Part shown: positions 12,838-25,329 of the stretch, in pieces
How positions within the stretch are numbered: position 1 is the first letter of the stretch
How the letters are laid out: each line of letters starts with the position of its first letter
Source of the DNA: Octopus sinensis
Taxonomy: Eukaryota
DNA: 64,000 nt
NCBI RefSeq assembly: GCF_006345805.1
Contig: NC_043021.1
Coordinates: 16,616,001-16,680,000, forward strand
Reading direction: 5' to 3'
Made by a program: the position numbers and the translations under genes
The notes under the pieces: model-generated
What the model saw: the letters and a program-made list of their open reading frames with translations, nothing else
What the model was told of the DNA's origin: nothing
Database searches by the model: none

Positions 12838-14200
12838 CTTAAGTGATGTCACAAAATTTCAATGGCCCATCCATAATGTTTTTGATAGTATTCCAGGAAA
12901 CTAGTCTAAATATATTAGTTTATAATAACGGTACTTTTTCATTATAAAAAATCTGACAAAATTAAGTGAAGACTATGAACCCAATTTTGATTCTTTGTTT
13001 GCCCATGGAAAATTCTTTTATGTTCTTAAGTGATGTCACAAAATTTCAATGGCTCGTCCTTAACCCTTTTGATAGAATTACAAGAAACTAGTCTAAATAT
13101 ACCAGTTTATAATAACGGTACTTTTTCATTGTAAAAAATCTGACAAAATTAAGTGAAGACTATGAACCCAATTTTGATTCTTTGCTTGCCCATAGAAAAT
13201 TCTTTAATGTTCTTAAGTGATGTCACAAAATTTCAATGGCTCATCCTTAACCCTTTTGATAGTATTCCAGGAAACTAGTCTAAATATATCAGTTTATAAT
13301 AACGGTACTTTGTCATTGTAAAAAATCTGACAAAATTAAGTGAAGACTATGAACCCAATTTTGATTCTTTGCTTGCCCATAGAAAATTCTTTAATGTTCT
13401 TAAGTGATGTCACAAAATTTCAATGGCTCATCCTTAACCCTTTTGATAGTATTCCAGGAAACTAGTCTAAATATATCAGTTTATAATAACGGTACTTTGT
13501 CATTGTAAAAAAATCTGACAAAATTAAGTGAAGACTATGAACCCAATTTTGATTCCTTGTTTGCCCATGGAAAATTCTTTAATGTTCTTAAGTGATGTCA
13601 CAAAATTTCAATGGCCCATCCTTAACCCTTTTGATAGTATTCCAGGAAACTAGTCTAAATATATCAGTTTATAATAACGGTACTTTTTCATTGTAAAAAA
13701 TCTGACAAAATTAAGTGAAGACTATGAACCCAATTTTGATTCTTTGTTTGCCCATAGAAAATTCTTTAATGTTCTTAAGTGATGTCACAAAATTTCAATG
13801 GCCCATCCTTAACCCTTTTGATAGTATTCCAGGAAACTAGTCTAAATATATCAGTTTATAATAACGGTACTTTGTCATTGTAAAAAATCTGACAAAATTA
13901 AGTGAAGACTATGAACCCAATTTTGATTCTTTGTTTGCCCATAGAAAATTCTTTAATGTTCTTAAGTGATGTCACAAAATTTCAATGGCTCGTCCTTAAC
14001 CCTTTTGATAGAATTCCAGGAAACTAGTCTAAATATATCAGTTTATAATGATAGCAATTCCTCATTGTAAAAAATCTGACAAATTTTAACGAAGGCTGTG
14101 AACCAATTTTTGATTCTTTGTTTACATGGGAAGAATCAATGTTTTATTGCAATCTCATGAAATCTCGATGGACCATCCCTAAGCCCTTTTAATACTATTT
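12838..14200. repeat. AT-rich 187-bp tandem repeat, 7 units plus a diverged partial unit
   Basis: CTTAAGTGATGTCACAAAATTTC recurs at 12838, 13025, 13212, 13399, 13587, 13774 and 13961. Confidence 0.95.
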
Positions 14201-14540
14201 CACTTGAGACTGCCTCTCATTCTGAGATACAAAACAAGCCATTCTGAAGTGTTTATGTGTATATTTAAGTCTCCTTTCATAATTTTATCAAAGAATTTTT
14301 TCCTTAAGTTTTGTAATTTTGATGCAAATTGTCTAACTCACAATACCAATTCACCTGAGACTATGATTTTATGATGCAAGCTGTTTTAAAATAATCTAAA
14401 TTATAATTTTTCATTAAAATTTCATGTTAATTTATATTCTAAACAATAGCTTAATAAGGACGAAGTTGTTTCACTGAATTTTTCATTATTTTCAAAATTA
14501 ATTGAAACAGAGTCAGTGTATCACTACACCATATGCCCAT

Positions 14541-14802
14541 GGGCATATAGCATAGTGGTTAAGAGCGTGGGCTACTAACCCCAAGATTCTGAGTTCGATC
14601 CCAAGCAGTGACCTGAACAATAACAATAACAATAATAATAAGAAGAAGAAGAAGAAGAAGAAGAACATTGAAAAATACCTTAGGAATGAGAACCCAGGTT
14701 CGAAATTTCCCCAAGACACCTGATGAAGGCTGGAGGGTATAGCAGCTGAAACATTGTGTTAACAAACAAGACGAGGACAAAGATCCCTCAAATGTAAATA
14801 AT
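14541..14802 (+). mobile_element. tRNA-headed SINE-like element with a Penelope-type hammerhead tail (full-length copy)
   Basis: A box TAGCATAGTGG, anticodon-like loop CTACTAA and B box GAGTTCGATCCC, then a (CAATAA)n(AGA)n microsatellite, then a tail with GACAC-CTGATGA-A-GGCTG..CAGCT-GAAAC-ATT-GTGTT. A second copy lies at 12364-12624 (-). Confidence 0.75.
14715..14760 (+). ncRNA. Minimal type-I hammerhead motif, decayed at two CpG positions
   Basis: Stem I GACAC/GTGTT, core CTGATGA, stem II GGCTG/CAGCT, then GAAAC. Helix III reads ACAT here, against ACGT in the arm at 12623. Confidence 0.6.
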
Positions 14803-15002
14803 ATAAAGTCAGTGCATTTCAAGAGACCCTTATTACCATGGTCACAAAAGTGTTAAATACTATTAAACTCTATCATTCTACATGTTCTGTAATTCACCTG
14901 AAACTATCCCTGGTTCAATGATGCAATCTTTTTGTCTTGCAGTGATCTGAATTAAAACCTTCTTCCATCAAAATATGTTAATTTCTGTTCCAGTCAAAAG
15001 TT

Positions 15003-15966
15003 GAACCATTTAGCATTCAGATTATTCTGTCAAATGTAATGCTTATTTATTCACATTCATTATCATCATCATCATTTAGCGTCCGTTTTCCATGCTAGCA
15101 TGGGTTGGACGGTTCAACTGGGGTCTGGGAAGCCAGGGGCTGCACCAGGCTCCAGTCTGATCTGGCAGTGTTTCTACGGCTGGATGCCCTTCCTAACGCC
15201 AACCACTCTGCGAGTGTAGTGGGTGCTTTTTACGTGCCACCCGCACAGGTACCAGACGGAGCTGGCAAACGGCCACGAACGGATGGTGCTTTTACGTACC
15301 ACCGGCATGGGGGCCAGGCGAGGCTGGCAACAGCCACGATGGATGGTGCTTTTACATGCTACCGGCACGGAGGCCAGTCGGGGCGGCGCTGGCAACGGCC
15401 ACGAATGGATGGTGCTTTTACGTACCACCGGCACGGGAGCCAGGCGAGGCTGGCAATGGCCAATCATGCATTATCTTGCAGCTTTGAGATTCCAATGATG
15501 TGATGGTTTATTTTTACAATGACATTATTAGGTTGGTGAAGGCATATGGCTCGGTGGTTAGAGCATCAAAATCATGAGGTAGTGAGTTCGATTCCCAGAC
15601 CAGGCTGTGTGTTAAGTTCTTGAATAAAACTTTTTATTTCACATTGCTCCAGTTCACTCAGCTGTAGAAATAAGGTGTGATGTCACTGGTGCCAAGCTGT
15701 ATCGGCCCCTTTGCTTTTCCCTTGGATAACATCGGTGGCACAGAGAGGAGAGGCTGATATGCATGGGAGACTGCTGGTCTTCCATAAACAACCTTGCCTG
15801 GATTTGTGCCTTGGAGAGGAACTTTCTAGGTGCAATCCCATGGTCATGCATGACTGAAGAGGGTCCTTTCTTAGGTAGGTGTGAGAGGCCAGATCTTGTT
15901 AGTTTGAACATAAAACAAGATGCAAATTTGGGGCCAGATATGTCCACTTTAAATGCTAAAGTATTA
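15003..15966. mobile_element. Same piggyBac MITE family, interrupted by a family-D SINE (15062-15458) and a family-C SINE (15537-15870)
   Basis: The MITE segments are colinear with 55023-55241. SINE C is flanked by TTAGGTTGGTG/TTAGGTAGGTG. Confidence 0.7.
15062..15458 (-). mobile_element. Family D (GAT)n-tailed element with four internal ~60-bp repeats; other copies at 783-965, 11805-11975, 18010-18240, 30385-30620, 49155-49410, 61745-61920
   Basis: GTTGGCGTTAGGAAGGGCATCCAGCCGTAGAAAC..CCATGCTAGCATGGAAA..(GAT)n. GGTGCTTTTACG recurs internally. Confidence 0.8.
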
Positions 15967-18900
15967 ATAAGGACAAGGTTCTTTTACTGAATTCTTCATG
16001 ATTATTCATATTTGAATGTAACAAAAGACATTGTATTTCAACAGACGCATGGTAATAAGGGTTAATAATGAAGTTCCTTGTTTTCCTAAATCCCTCATGA
16101 ACAGTGAATTTCATCATAATATGACCATAAAAGAGCTATAAGATTTGGGGCTTACTGTAAAAAGAAGCCATTGGCTTTGTATTGAAAGGGAGCTTCTCAA
16201 GGCAGCATCCAATTTTTCATGCTCGCATGGGTCAGATGGAATTCGTCGAGGCAGATGTTTTTCTACAGCTGGATGCCTTTCCTGTTGCTGACCTTCACCT
16301 GTTACCAAGCAAAGTAATGTTTGGTCCATGACCAGGTATGTTTTTATAAAAGGCTGAAAATGAATGACACTGATTCTAATTTACAACTATCACATGATGC
16401 CAAGGTAAAAAAGCACAAAATCCCACACACACACACACACACTCATAGAGGCTTCTTTGAATTCATTTAATGTTTAGCCATGTCACAAAATCCACTCAGG
16501 AGGCTTCAGTCAACCTAGGGTTATAGGCCTACCAGACACTATCCTTAAGGTGCTGTGCTGTGAGATTTAGCACAAAGCCCCATGGCTGGGAAGCAAACTT
16601 GTCAACCACACAGCCACGCTTACACCTGTCAAATGAAATAGAGAATGAATCAGCATTTTGCATAGTTATACCTGATATGTCTAGGCAGGTAATGTACATA
16701 AAAGGAGAAAACCTCTCTTTTATGATAGTAGTGAATTCAACACAACTGACTCACTGACGCAGGGAATTCTGGGACATTGGTGTTTCAGCGTGTAGTGTCT
16801 CATCTGACAGAAGTCCTCTGGACCTTTGAGTCTGGCCAAGGAACTGGCCTTTGTTTACACTTTCAGCAAACAAAAGAATTATATTGGGAAAAGATTGAAA
16901 AGCTTATCCTTACAAAAAATATTGGTTTCAAATTTTAGCACAAGGCTAGCAATTTTGGGAAGGGGCTAAGTTGATTAAATTGACCCCAGTGTTCAACTGG
17001 TACTTAATTTATTGACTCCAAGAGGGTACTTAATTTATTGGCTGCAGAGTTGACTTTGGCAGAATTTGAACTCAGAATGTCGTGACAAATGGAGCACTGC
17101 TAAGTATTTTGCTGCTGTGCTACCAATTCTGCCAGCTTGCTGCCTTACAAAACAATATTTATTTCTTTATTGCCCAGAGGAGGCTAAACATAGAGGGGAC
17201 AAACAAAGACAGACAAAGGGATTAAGCTGATTACATTGACCACAGTGCGTAACTGGTACTTATTTAATCGATCCCAAAAGGATGAAATGCAAAGTCAACC
17301 TCGGCAGAATTTGAACTCAGAATATAATAGTAAATGAAATACTGCTAGGCATTTCGTCCGGCATGCTAACAATTATGCCAGCTCGCCACCCTTCACAAAA
17401 AAATATTACCAACACATTGTTTCAAAAATCTAAATCCAAAATTTACTACAATTACAATTTCAACAGAAAGACCAATTTCAGAAACAAGATATTTTTCCAC
17501 TCTTTGCAACAGCAAAACTTACTGATCAGGGCTGTAGAGTTGGACAACATCGGTGGCATGGAGAGGGGAGGCTGGAATGCATGGGAGACTGCTGGTCTTC
17601 CATAAACAACTTTGCCTGGATTTGTGCCTCAGAGAGGAACTTTCTAGGTGCAATCCCATGGTCATTTATGACTGAAGAGGGTCATAAAAGTGTCCTAACT
17701 TTGATCCCAATAAAACGTAAATTGTAATATAATGTGTTAAAAAAAGATGGCCTAAATGTTAGCATACCAGGCAGAATGCTTAGTGGCATTTTGTTTGTCT
17801 TCACGTTCAAATACCGCTGAGGTTGACTTTGTCTTTCTGGGTCAATGGAATAGGTGCCAGTTGACCACTAGGGTAATGTAATCGACTTACCCCTCCCCCA
17901 AGATTGCTGGCCCTGTGCCAAATTTTGAAATTAATATAATGTGTTAAAATTTCCAATTTCATGGTTATATAATTGACTAATTTCTGCACTGAAAATAGTC
18001 AAATCAGGTGGCACATAAAATGCACCATTGAGCGTGGCCGTTGCCAGTACCACCAAACTGGCCCTCGTGCTGTAAAAAAAGCACCCACTACACTCTCAGA
18101 GTGGTTGGCGTTAGGAAGGGCATCCAGCTGTAGAAACTCTGCCAGATGAGATTGGAGTCTTGTTCACCAGACTTCAATCAAATCATCCAACCCATGCTAG
18201 CATGGAAAGCGGACATTAAATGATGATGATGATGATGATGTTCCAGAAAGACTTTATTCAACACAACGGATCTCAAACACACACACACATGTTTTGTAGG
18301 ACAAACAGATTCCTTTAACTGCATGTGGACCATGAGGCATCAAACAACAGAAGATTTCTGTCTTGATCTTTAGAATTAGACTGTGGTTATTCTCAGGTGT
18401 AGCCATTTCCAAGTGGTTCAGTTTTTGTGGACCTTTTCCATGTTGTTTTTCAGTCTGCCATGCTTCTAGTTTTGAACATGGTCGTGATGTCACATGTTGC
18501 CAGTTGTGTGGTTGTCCTTGGTGAGAAAAAAGTTGTGCCACATTGGCTTTCACTATATCGCTTCATACACAATATCTGAGGACAGTCTCCCCTGATCAGG
18601 ACCAGTTTCATATATTCTCATTTGCAACAATGTAGATAGCATAATGTAACAAAATTAAAATTTTTTTTTTTTCCTCCTAGTTTGTGTCACTTCCTGTATG
18701 CTTCTACCTAGAAATCAAAGGAAATGACAACTATCTCTTTCAAACTTTGCTTATGTGACCTGGACATCAATGTTTTCAAATTGACCTATTTTCCTTTACA
18801 TATCAGATAGATTCAGTGCTGGGTTGCTGAAGCAGAAGTATTGTTAAAGTAAATATTCTGGTCAATACCACAGATTTGCTGGACTAAGTCACTTGAGCAT

Positions 18901-21179
18901 GTCAATACATGTATCTCTGATCATGAGCAGGAATAGTAGGAGAGCATCATAGCCATGTGTTGAGAGGGATTCTTTGGGGTTTGAATAAATGTAACAAAAG
19001 CAAAATTTGAAGGAAATATTAGCCCTTTTTCATACTCTTTAGGGGTAAGCAAATAAGAAATAACAGTTGCTACCCAAGGACAAAAATTATGTTAGTGTAA
19101 TTGATAGTGCAGGGCTCCTAGCTCTATATCTACTACCTTCTTTCTTTGTCAGCCAAATTTGGGACCGGTTAAGGCAGAGTTATTCAAAACATGAGAATAT
19201 ATATTTTATTATTTTAATTGGTAGAAGTTACAGAAGTTAATTGGCCCTTTAGTCATTTTATAACTTCTGCCAATGAAACTAATCCTTTTTACTATAGGCA
19301 CAAGGCCTGACATTTTTTTTAGTGGGGTGGTAAGTCAGTCATATTGACCCCAGTACATAACTTGTACTTATTTCATTGACCCTGAAGGGATGAAAGGTAA
19401 AAAAAAAAAGAAAATTCCACCAAGGTCAACTTTGCCTTTCATCCTTTCAGGTTCGATAAAATAAGCCTTGTACCTATAGCGAAGGATTATTTTAATTTGT
19501 AGAAGTTACAAAATGACTAAAGATCCAAGAGCTAATTTGTAACCTACATCAGTCCTAGTACTTGACTGGTACTTTATTTTATCCACCCTGTAAAGATGAA
19601 AGGCAAAATTTACCTTAGCAGAATTTGAACTCAGATGCCAGCTTACTGCTTTAATAATAATGACAACCCTTTGTACTCAACCCCACAGCTCACTTGGTAC
19701 TTATGTTTTCAACCCTGAAATAGTGAAAAACAAAGATTACCTCAGCGGAATTTGAACTCAGAACCAAAAGAAATGCCATCAAGCCTTTTGTCCACTGTGG
19801 TAACAATTCTCCTAGCTTGTCATAATATAATATTATATTATTTTATATTATATACATATATTTGACAGATTTTAGACAGTTTTTAGGTTCTGTTTACCAA
19901 ATTCCACTCTCAAGATACTGGTCAACCTGAGGTTATAGTAGTAAACATATGTCCAAGGTATTGTGCTACTGTGCCATGGGATAATGGGATTGAACCCAGA
20001 ACCATGTGGTTGCAATTTGTACTCTGTAACCAGATGACTATACCTGTAGTGACATGTTTTAAACTCTAAGTTTTAGTGTAAAATGTTTGGGATGGTATTT
20101 AGAAGATTGCTTCACTGGCAAAGTTTGAAGTAAGCTATTGTTTAAAAAAAAGTTAGAGTCTTTGAGGCAATGAAGAAGGTACCATATTGTTGATGGATCT
20201 GCTAGCAACAGCAGCCAAATCACCTTCAAATTACGCCCTCTCCTCTTAAAAACTGATGAGACTGACCTGGCAGGGATGCCTTTAATCAAGTCTGCTGAGT
20301 TAGGGCTGACATGAAGCTATTCAATAAAACCTTGGAGTGTTCACTGTATCTTGGTTGCATAGATTTATCCAAGGAGCGCTGATCTAATATATTCAATAGC
20401 AGCAGAAATACAAGCGCATGGTAATTTAACCTAGATATTATTCAGGCAAATTAAAACCAGCATTATTAGTGTAGTAATGAAACAATAATAATTTATTAAC
20501 ACTACCAATCATCAACATTAATTTAAACTGATTTTGGCAAGTAAGGGTAATAACTCTGCACATGTTTCAGTGTTATTAGACCTCTTCAGAATATAGCCTA
20601 TTCTGTGCTTGCTAGATTAGTGATGATGAAATTACTGTATTGATGTGCAATAATTTACATAAATAGGTATGAAAAAAATTATTTTTCTGTTTGTTTCCAA
20701 AAAAAAAAAAAATTATTCATTTATATAACTCACGTTTTTATTTTATTTCAATATAGTTGACAAAGAAGATTGAAACAAAGAAATAGAAATGTTTCTGAAT
20801 TTCTGTTCCTATTTATGTGTGAAATATTACCCACCTATGGGAATTCCAAAATATCAAGTGTTCAAGCCAAATTAATACAACATGGCTGGCTGCAAATTTG
20901 AAATTAAATGCCAGGCAACTGAAAATGCTTTAGCTAATTCCAACATACTCTAGTTTAGCAAAGCTTGAGTCAAAAGCCAGCATTTTTCTCTTGAAAATAG
21001 ACATTTTTGGTACGGATAGAAAATTGGAATATGACCCAATATTATAAAATATAACGGTTAGGTAGGTTTAATTTGAAAGGGAAACCAAATAAAAAAAAAT
21101 ATTGTCTTGACTTATTGTTTGCTACAGTATTTTATGTCAGCCATGTTGTTTATTGAAGTCTTTCGACTCCGCTACAATT

Positions 21180-21432
21180 ATAGCTTAGTATTGATAAAAA
21201 TATATATCGAAGAACTGCTCTCGCTTGCTTTTACGGCGAGTTTACGAATTAAAGAAATATTCGACATTAAATCTCATCGATAAACAACAAGTGATTAAAT
21301 CTTCGTTTAATACCTTACAACACAGTACGATTATTGCGCAAACCGGAAGCTAGTCAGAATAGAGGAGGGAACTCCTATGGACGAATATTTACGTCGCTAC
21401 GCTCTTGTGTGTTTTGGATGATTACTGTAAGT
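21180..21432 (+). promoter_or_regulatory. Candidate promoter/first exon at the start of a CpG-retaining zone
   Basis: TGCGCA (21335) abuts the ETS-type CCGGAAG (21343), and there is a consensus donor ACT|GTAAGT at 21426/21427. CpG is visibly more frequent over ~21.2-24.0 kb, which lacks SINEs. Confidence 0.45.
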
Positions 21433-22682
21433 TTTTAGCAAGATTTTTGCATTTTTGTCGTTGCTGATATGTACAATGTTAAAAGCCATTCACTTTCTAG
21501 CATTTATTCACCGATGCAGTACCGTGTTGTGAATAAACACAGCAATGTCGATTCTTTATTTCAATTACCATCGACTACGATTGTTCTGACTAATATGGCG
21601 TCGGCTTTCTTCGCGCTGCTCAACACAATTCGGCAGCTGCATGTTTATGGTAGATTGCTTCGCTTCGTGAAATTGTGTTATGTTAAATATATTTGTGCCG
21701 AATTCTTAGATTTTAAACATCTTTAACACCTTTGATTCTCGTGAATATTTTCGTGATTGTTATCAATGGCTGGTTCTTGTTGACTTTCAGAAGCACTTCG
21801 AACAAGACAAGAACCGTGTATTAGTGTACAATGACTGATTCTTTTTCGCTTCTTTTGCACATGTTTAACAGCAATCTGATATTAATTGTGTGTATTCGTT
21901 TAGTGAACTATTTTTCTCTTCGAGAGAGTATCGAACGCTTTCACATGTTCTGTTTTACGCAAAATGCCTATGAATCATTATATCTCTTTAACATAAAATT
22001 TGCACGCTGTCTTTTAGAACAATGGAATCAAAAGTCGATATTTCCAGTACCATGTACTTTCTGAACGTGAACACGGTCGATTTTTTCGTGATTTATAAAC
22101 ATTTCGACATTAAATTTTATTAAAAATTCCTTTTCAGTATAACATTATTTGTTTTCATTTTCGTATTCATTCATTACACATCGTAACGATGTCGATCGAG
22201 TACTTGTTTCAATTTCAGTATATTGGACATTTTTATTCGAAACCGATTCGTATAACATTACTGTTTAGTACATTTGTATCGTAATTGCCAAAAAATTCCA
22301 ACCAATTTGTTCAGGAATTTCAATTCCTTTGCCTTTCTTCGCTGTTTATCAATGCTGCTCGGTTTGATTTCAATTCAACATGGAACGGTTTTGAGGTCAA
22401 CTATTTTATCTGTCAATGTGGACATTATAAGGCAATGCGATCGGTAACGTGGATGCGGGCAATGTCGAAAAATGTCTTAATTTAAAGCCGTTTTTGAAAT
22501 GGTTTCAGACAACGATCCCGTTCTTTTATTAACCTAGTTCTTTCCTTTCTTTTTAAGGGCGGGGGTGATATTCTAATTCTAACGGCTTCATGTATTTACT
22601 TCATGCATTCTTTTGTATCACCAAACGTTCCTGCTTCTAAAGACATTTTTCTTTTCACGAAGGAAAACGTTCGCATGCTTTA

Positions 22683-22732
<50 letters not shown>

Positions 22733-23096
22733 CGGGAGTTTAAACTCGGAGTAACGACTGAGTGAATTATCAGATTTATATACATATTTAAATATATGAT
22801 GTAGTTGAAGCTGATTGTATTGATATATGTATATTTATTGGGGATTTTGTCTTGAAGCTTTTCGATTTAACGTTTTCTATTTGGGTCAAATGTTTTCTCG
22901 TGCTCTTTGCTAATTATGGAACAAAGCTAAATGTTCTTCAATTTCACAAACGTTACTTCCCCAAATTTAACGTGTATTTTCACAAATTTTACATAGTCAT
23001 TCGAATCGGTATTCGTTGTATTTACGATGTTTACGTGTCGTTTTTTAATTGTCTGTTTTCTTCTCGAGAACTGGTTTAGTCATCGGCGAAGATCGC

Positions 23097-23131
<35 letters not shown>

Positions 23132-24980
23132 TGAATTTTGATGGTTATATATATATCTATATAAAGTTCGTAAGCATTGATATTTTAAAATAGATACCAA
23201 ACGTTTTCTAGTGTTATATCGAAAGGTAAACATGGGCAAAAAAGACAAATAGATTAATTTAATTAAAAAAGAGGATTCGTAATTAAACACAAGATGAAAA
23301 AATGGTTTGGAGGCTTTCCAGTCTGCATTTATTTGATGACTTTAACCCTTCATCTCGGCCCTGATCGAACAGATCTTTGGTCAGAAGCAGTCCAATCGTG
23401 ATCATGTTTCTTTCATTTGAGACTACATTTTTCGGTGTACCCTTTCTTTTTTTTATGTAATTTTCATGTGATTTGATTGCCATTTGGTTTCTAATTACTG
23501 TTGGTCAAGCGACCAAGCTCAGGTTTCCTCGATGGCTTGGTACTTTTCGTCACGAAACATCTTGTTGCTGTTTGGTTATTGAATGGCGAACAGACGTTTT
23601 TGCTCAATTCTTCACCTTTGTTGACACATTTTTTTTCGAGAGATCTCTTCCTCTTGGCAGCAATGGAAATGGATTTAATGAAGTAGGGGTACGTTAAGGT
23701 CCATGAGACTGAAAATAGGATGGAAGGCGAAGAGTTTAGACTATATGCTCCCGTGTTCACTGAAATGTCTTCCTCGAAACATCGTCCTTTCTATTTCCTT
23801 TTTTTTTTGTCCACGTTTTCAAAATCTTCAAGAACTATTCTAGAAGAGTTGATTCTGAATAATTAAGTATATTAACTTCGTATGGTTTTTCTCTCTTTAT
23901 TCTCCGGTTTAGAAATGTAATAGTCAGATTTCTTCGTTTGCAGACGAACGGGTGGAAGAGAAAAAATTTCGTAAAATTGAAATAAATTCGAGTACTGTTT
24001 GAAAAAAAAATCTCTTAAAACATATTTAAATGTTCAGATTGTATAATATAAACAGAAAAGAAAACAAAAATGAACAAACATGGATGCTTTGTGTCACTAA
24101 ATATTTCTACCTTAAATGTTTTTCTTCCACGAAACACATTTGTACGTATTTGTTTTCAATGGTTCTCAACTATTCTTTACCAATGGACTCTTTGGATTCC
24201 TATTTTACTCATTCGAATATTATATTTCTTATAATTAAATATAATGAGGAATTGTTTAAGAAAAATTGTTAAAATATTTTGTGTAATGTAAAAGTAAAAC
24301 CAATTCATTGCACATAAAATTTTAACAAAAGGTCTGTAAGACCTTGGTTGAGTACCACTTGTCTATGTTCAGATAGGTGCCACTGACCACTCTGAGATAT
24401 TCTTTTTCACTCGTTTTTGTTTAAACTATGCAAATTATTTAGGATCTAGATTCTAGGTCAAGATGTGTTCTCTTTTGTGTATGTCTAATATTCTTTGTTG
24501 CTAGAGATAAGGTTGGACATTTGTTCTGATAATGTCTATTGAAACAGAAACAGGTGCCCACAACAGTACTCTTAACCCTAACCCTAACTTGTCCTTTTCT
24601 TTGATGACATGCCAACTTTGGAAAATTCTTGAGTCTTACCTCATATGGAGCTAGTCTTAATTGTCATTTAGTAATTATGATAGATATTCTAGAGGCAGCA
24701 ATGAATTTTAATAAATTAAGAAATAATATTGTATGGTATTTACCTGTATTTCTCTCTTTCTCTCTCTATGTGTGTGTGTAGAGAGAGAGAGAAAGTATTA
24801 GTGTTAGTTGTAGTATGGGTATCCCAAGTAATGCAGTTAAGGTATCTATCTGCAAGTCAAGCAAAAGTACTCAACAAATTTGATGGTAGAGGGTGCTACA
24901 TATAACAAAAGTTAATTACAATATACAAGATGTTCCATTTATATTTACAATTAGCTTGTGTTTGTATTTGTGTGTGTGTG

Positions 24981-25018
<38 letters not shown>

Positions 25019-25108
25019 GTTCGTTTGTTTTCCACCTGCCTTCGTCTTTTGTTTATTTTCATAAAGCTTCCCGTTATATATATATATATATATATATACA
25101 TAATTTCT

Positions 25109-25224
25109 TATTTCCATGTCATTTTAATTTCTTAAATATCATATATATATCATCATCATCATCGCTAAACGATGATGATGATATATATATATGATATTTA
25201 AGAAATTAAAATGACATGGGAATA
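25109..25224. repeat. Near-perfect hairpin, ~55-bp arms with a 5-nt loop, just 3' of the 25249-25329 hammerhead
   Basis: TATTTCCATGTCATTTTAATTTCTTAAATATC...CATCG CTAAA CGATG...GATATTTAAGAAATTAAAATGACATGGGAATA. Confidence 0.85.
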
Positions 25225-25248
25225 CGATATTCTGTTGTGGACTTCATT

Positions 25249-25329
25249 AACTTACAGGTGTTTCCACTATAAGGTGCAATGCACTCATTGTTGAGTGCTT
25301 GTGTATCACCCTATAGCTTCATCAGAGCT
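25249..25329 (-). ncRNA. Near-intact type-I hammerhead with extended stem II
   Basis: Minus strand: AGCT CTGATGA A GCTATAGGGTG..GCACTC/GAGTGC..CACCTTATAGT G GAAAC ACCT GTA AGTT. Confidence 0.55.

Noticed and set aside
18254-18640. 99-aa minus-strand ORF, possible transposase or LINE remnant
   Set aside because: I found no convincing motif in any frame, and stops lie immediately upstream.
20059-20316. Protein-like minus-strand ORF with an acceptor-like site
   Set aside because: 20180-20310 resembles a dispersed repeat also seen near 520-690 and 60770-60900, and I could not link it in frame to the candidate upstream exon.
20540-20600. CTGAAGA..GAAACATGT hammerhead-like trace on the minus strand
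   Set aside because: Stem I cannot be paired and the cleavage triplet is GUG.
23283-23760. Two adjacent minus-strand ORFs (89 and 66 aa) in the CpG-rich zone
   Set aside because: They have no recognisable homology and are in different frames with stops between them. They are retained only as part of the island finding.
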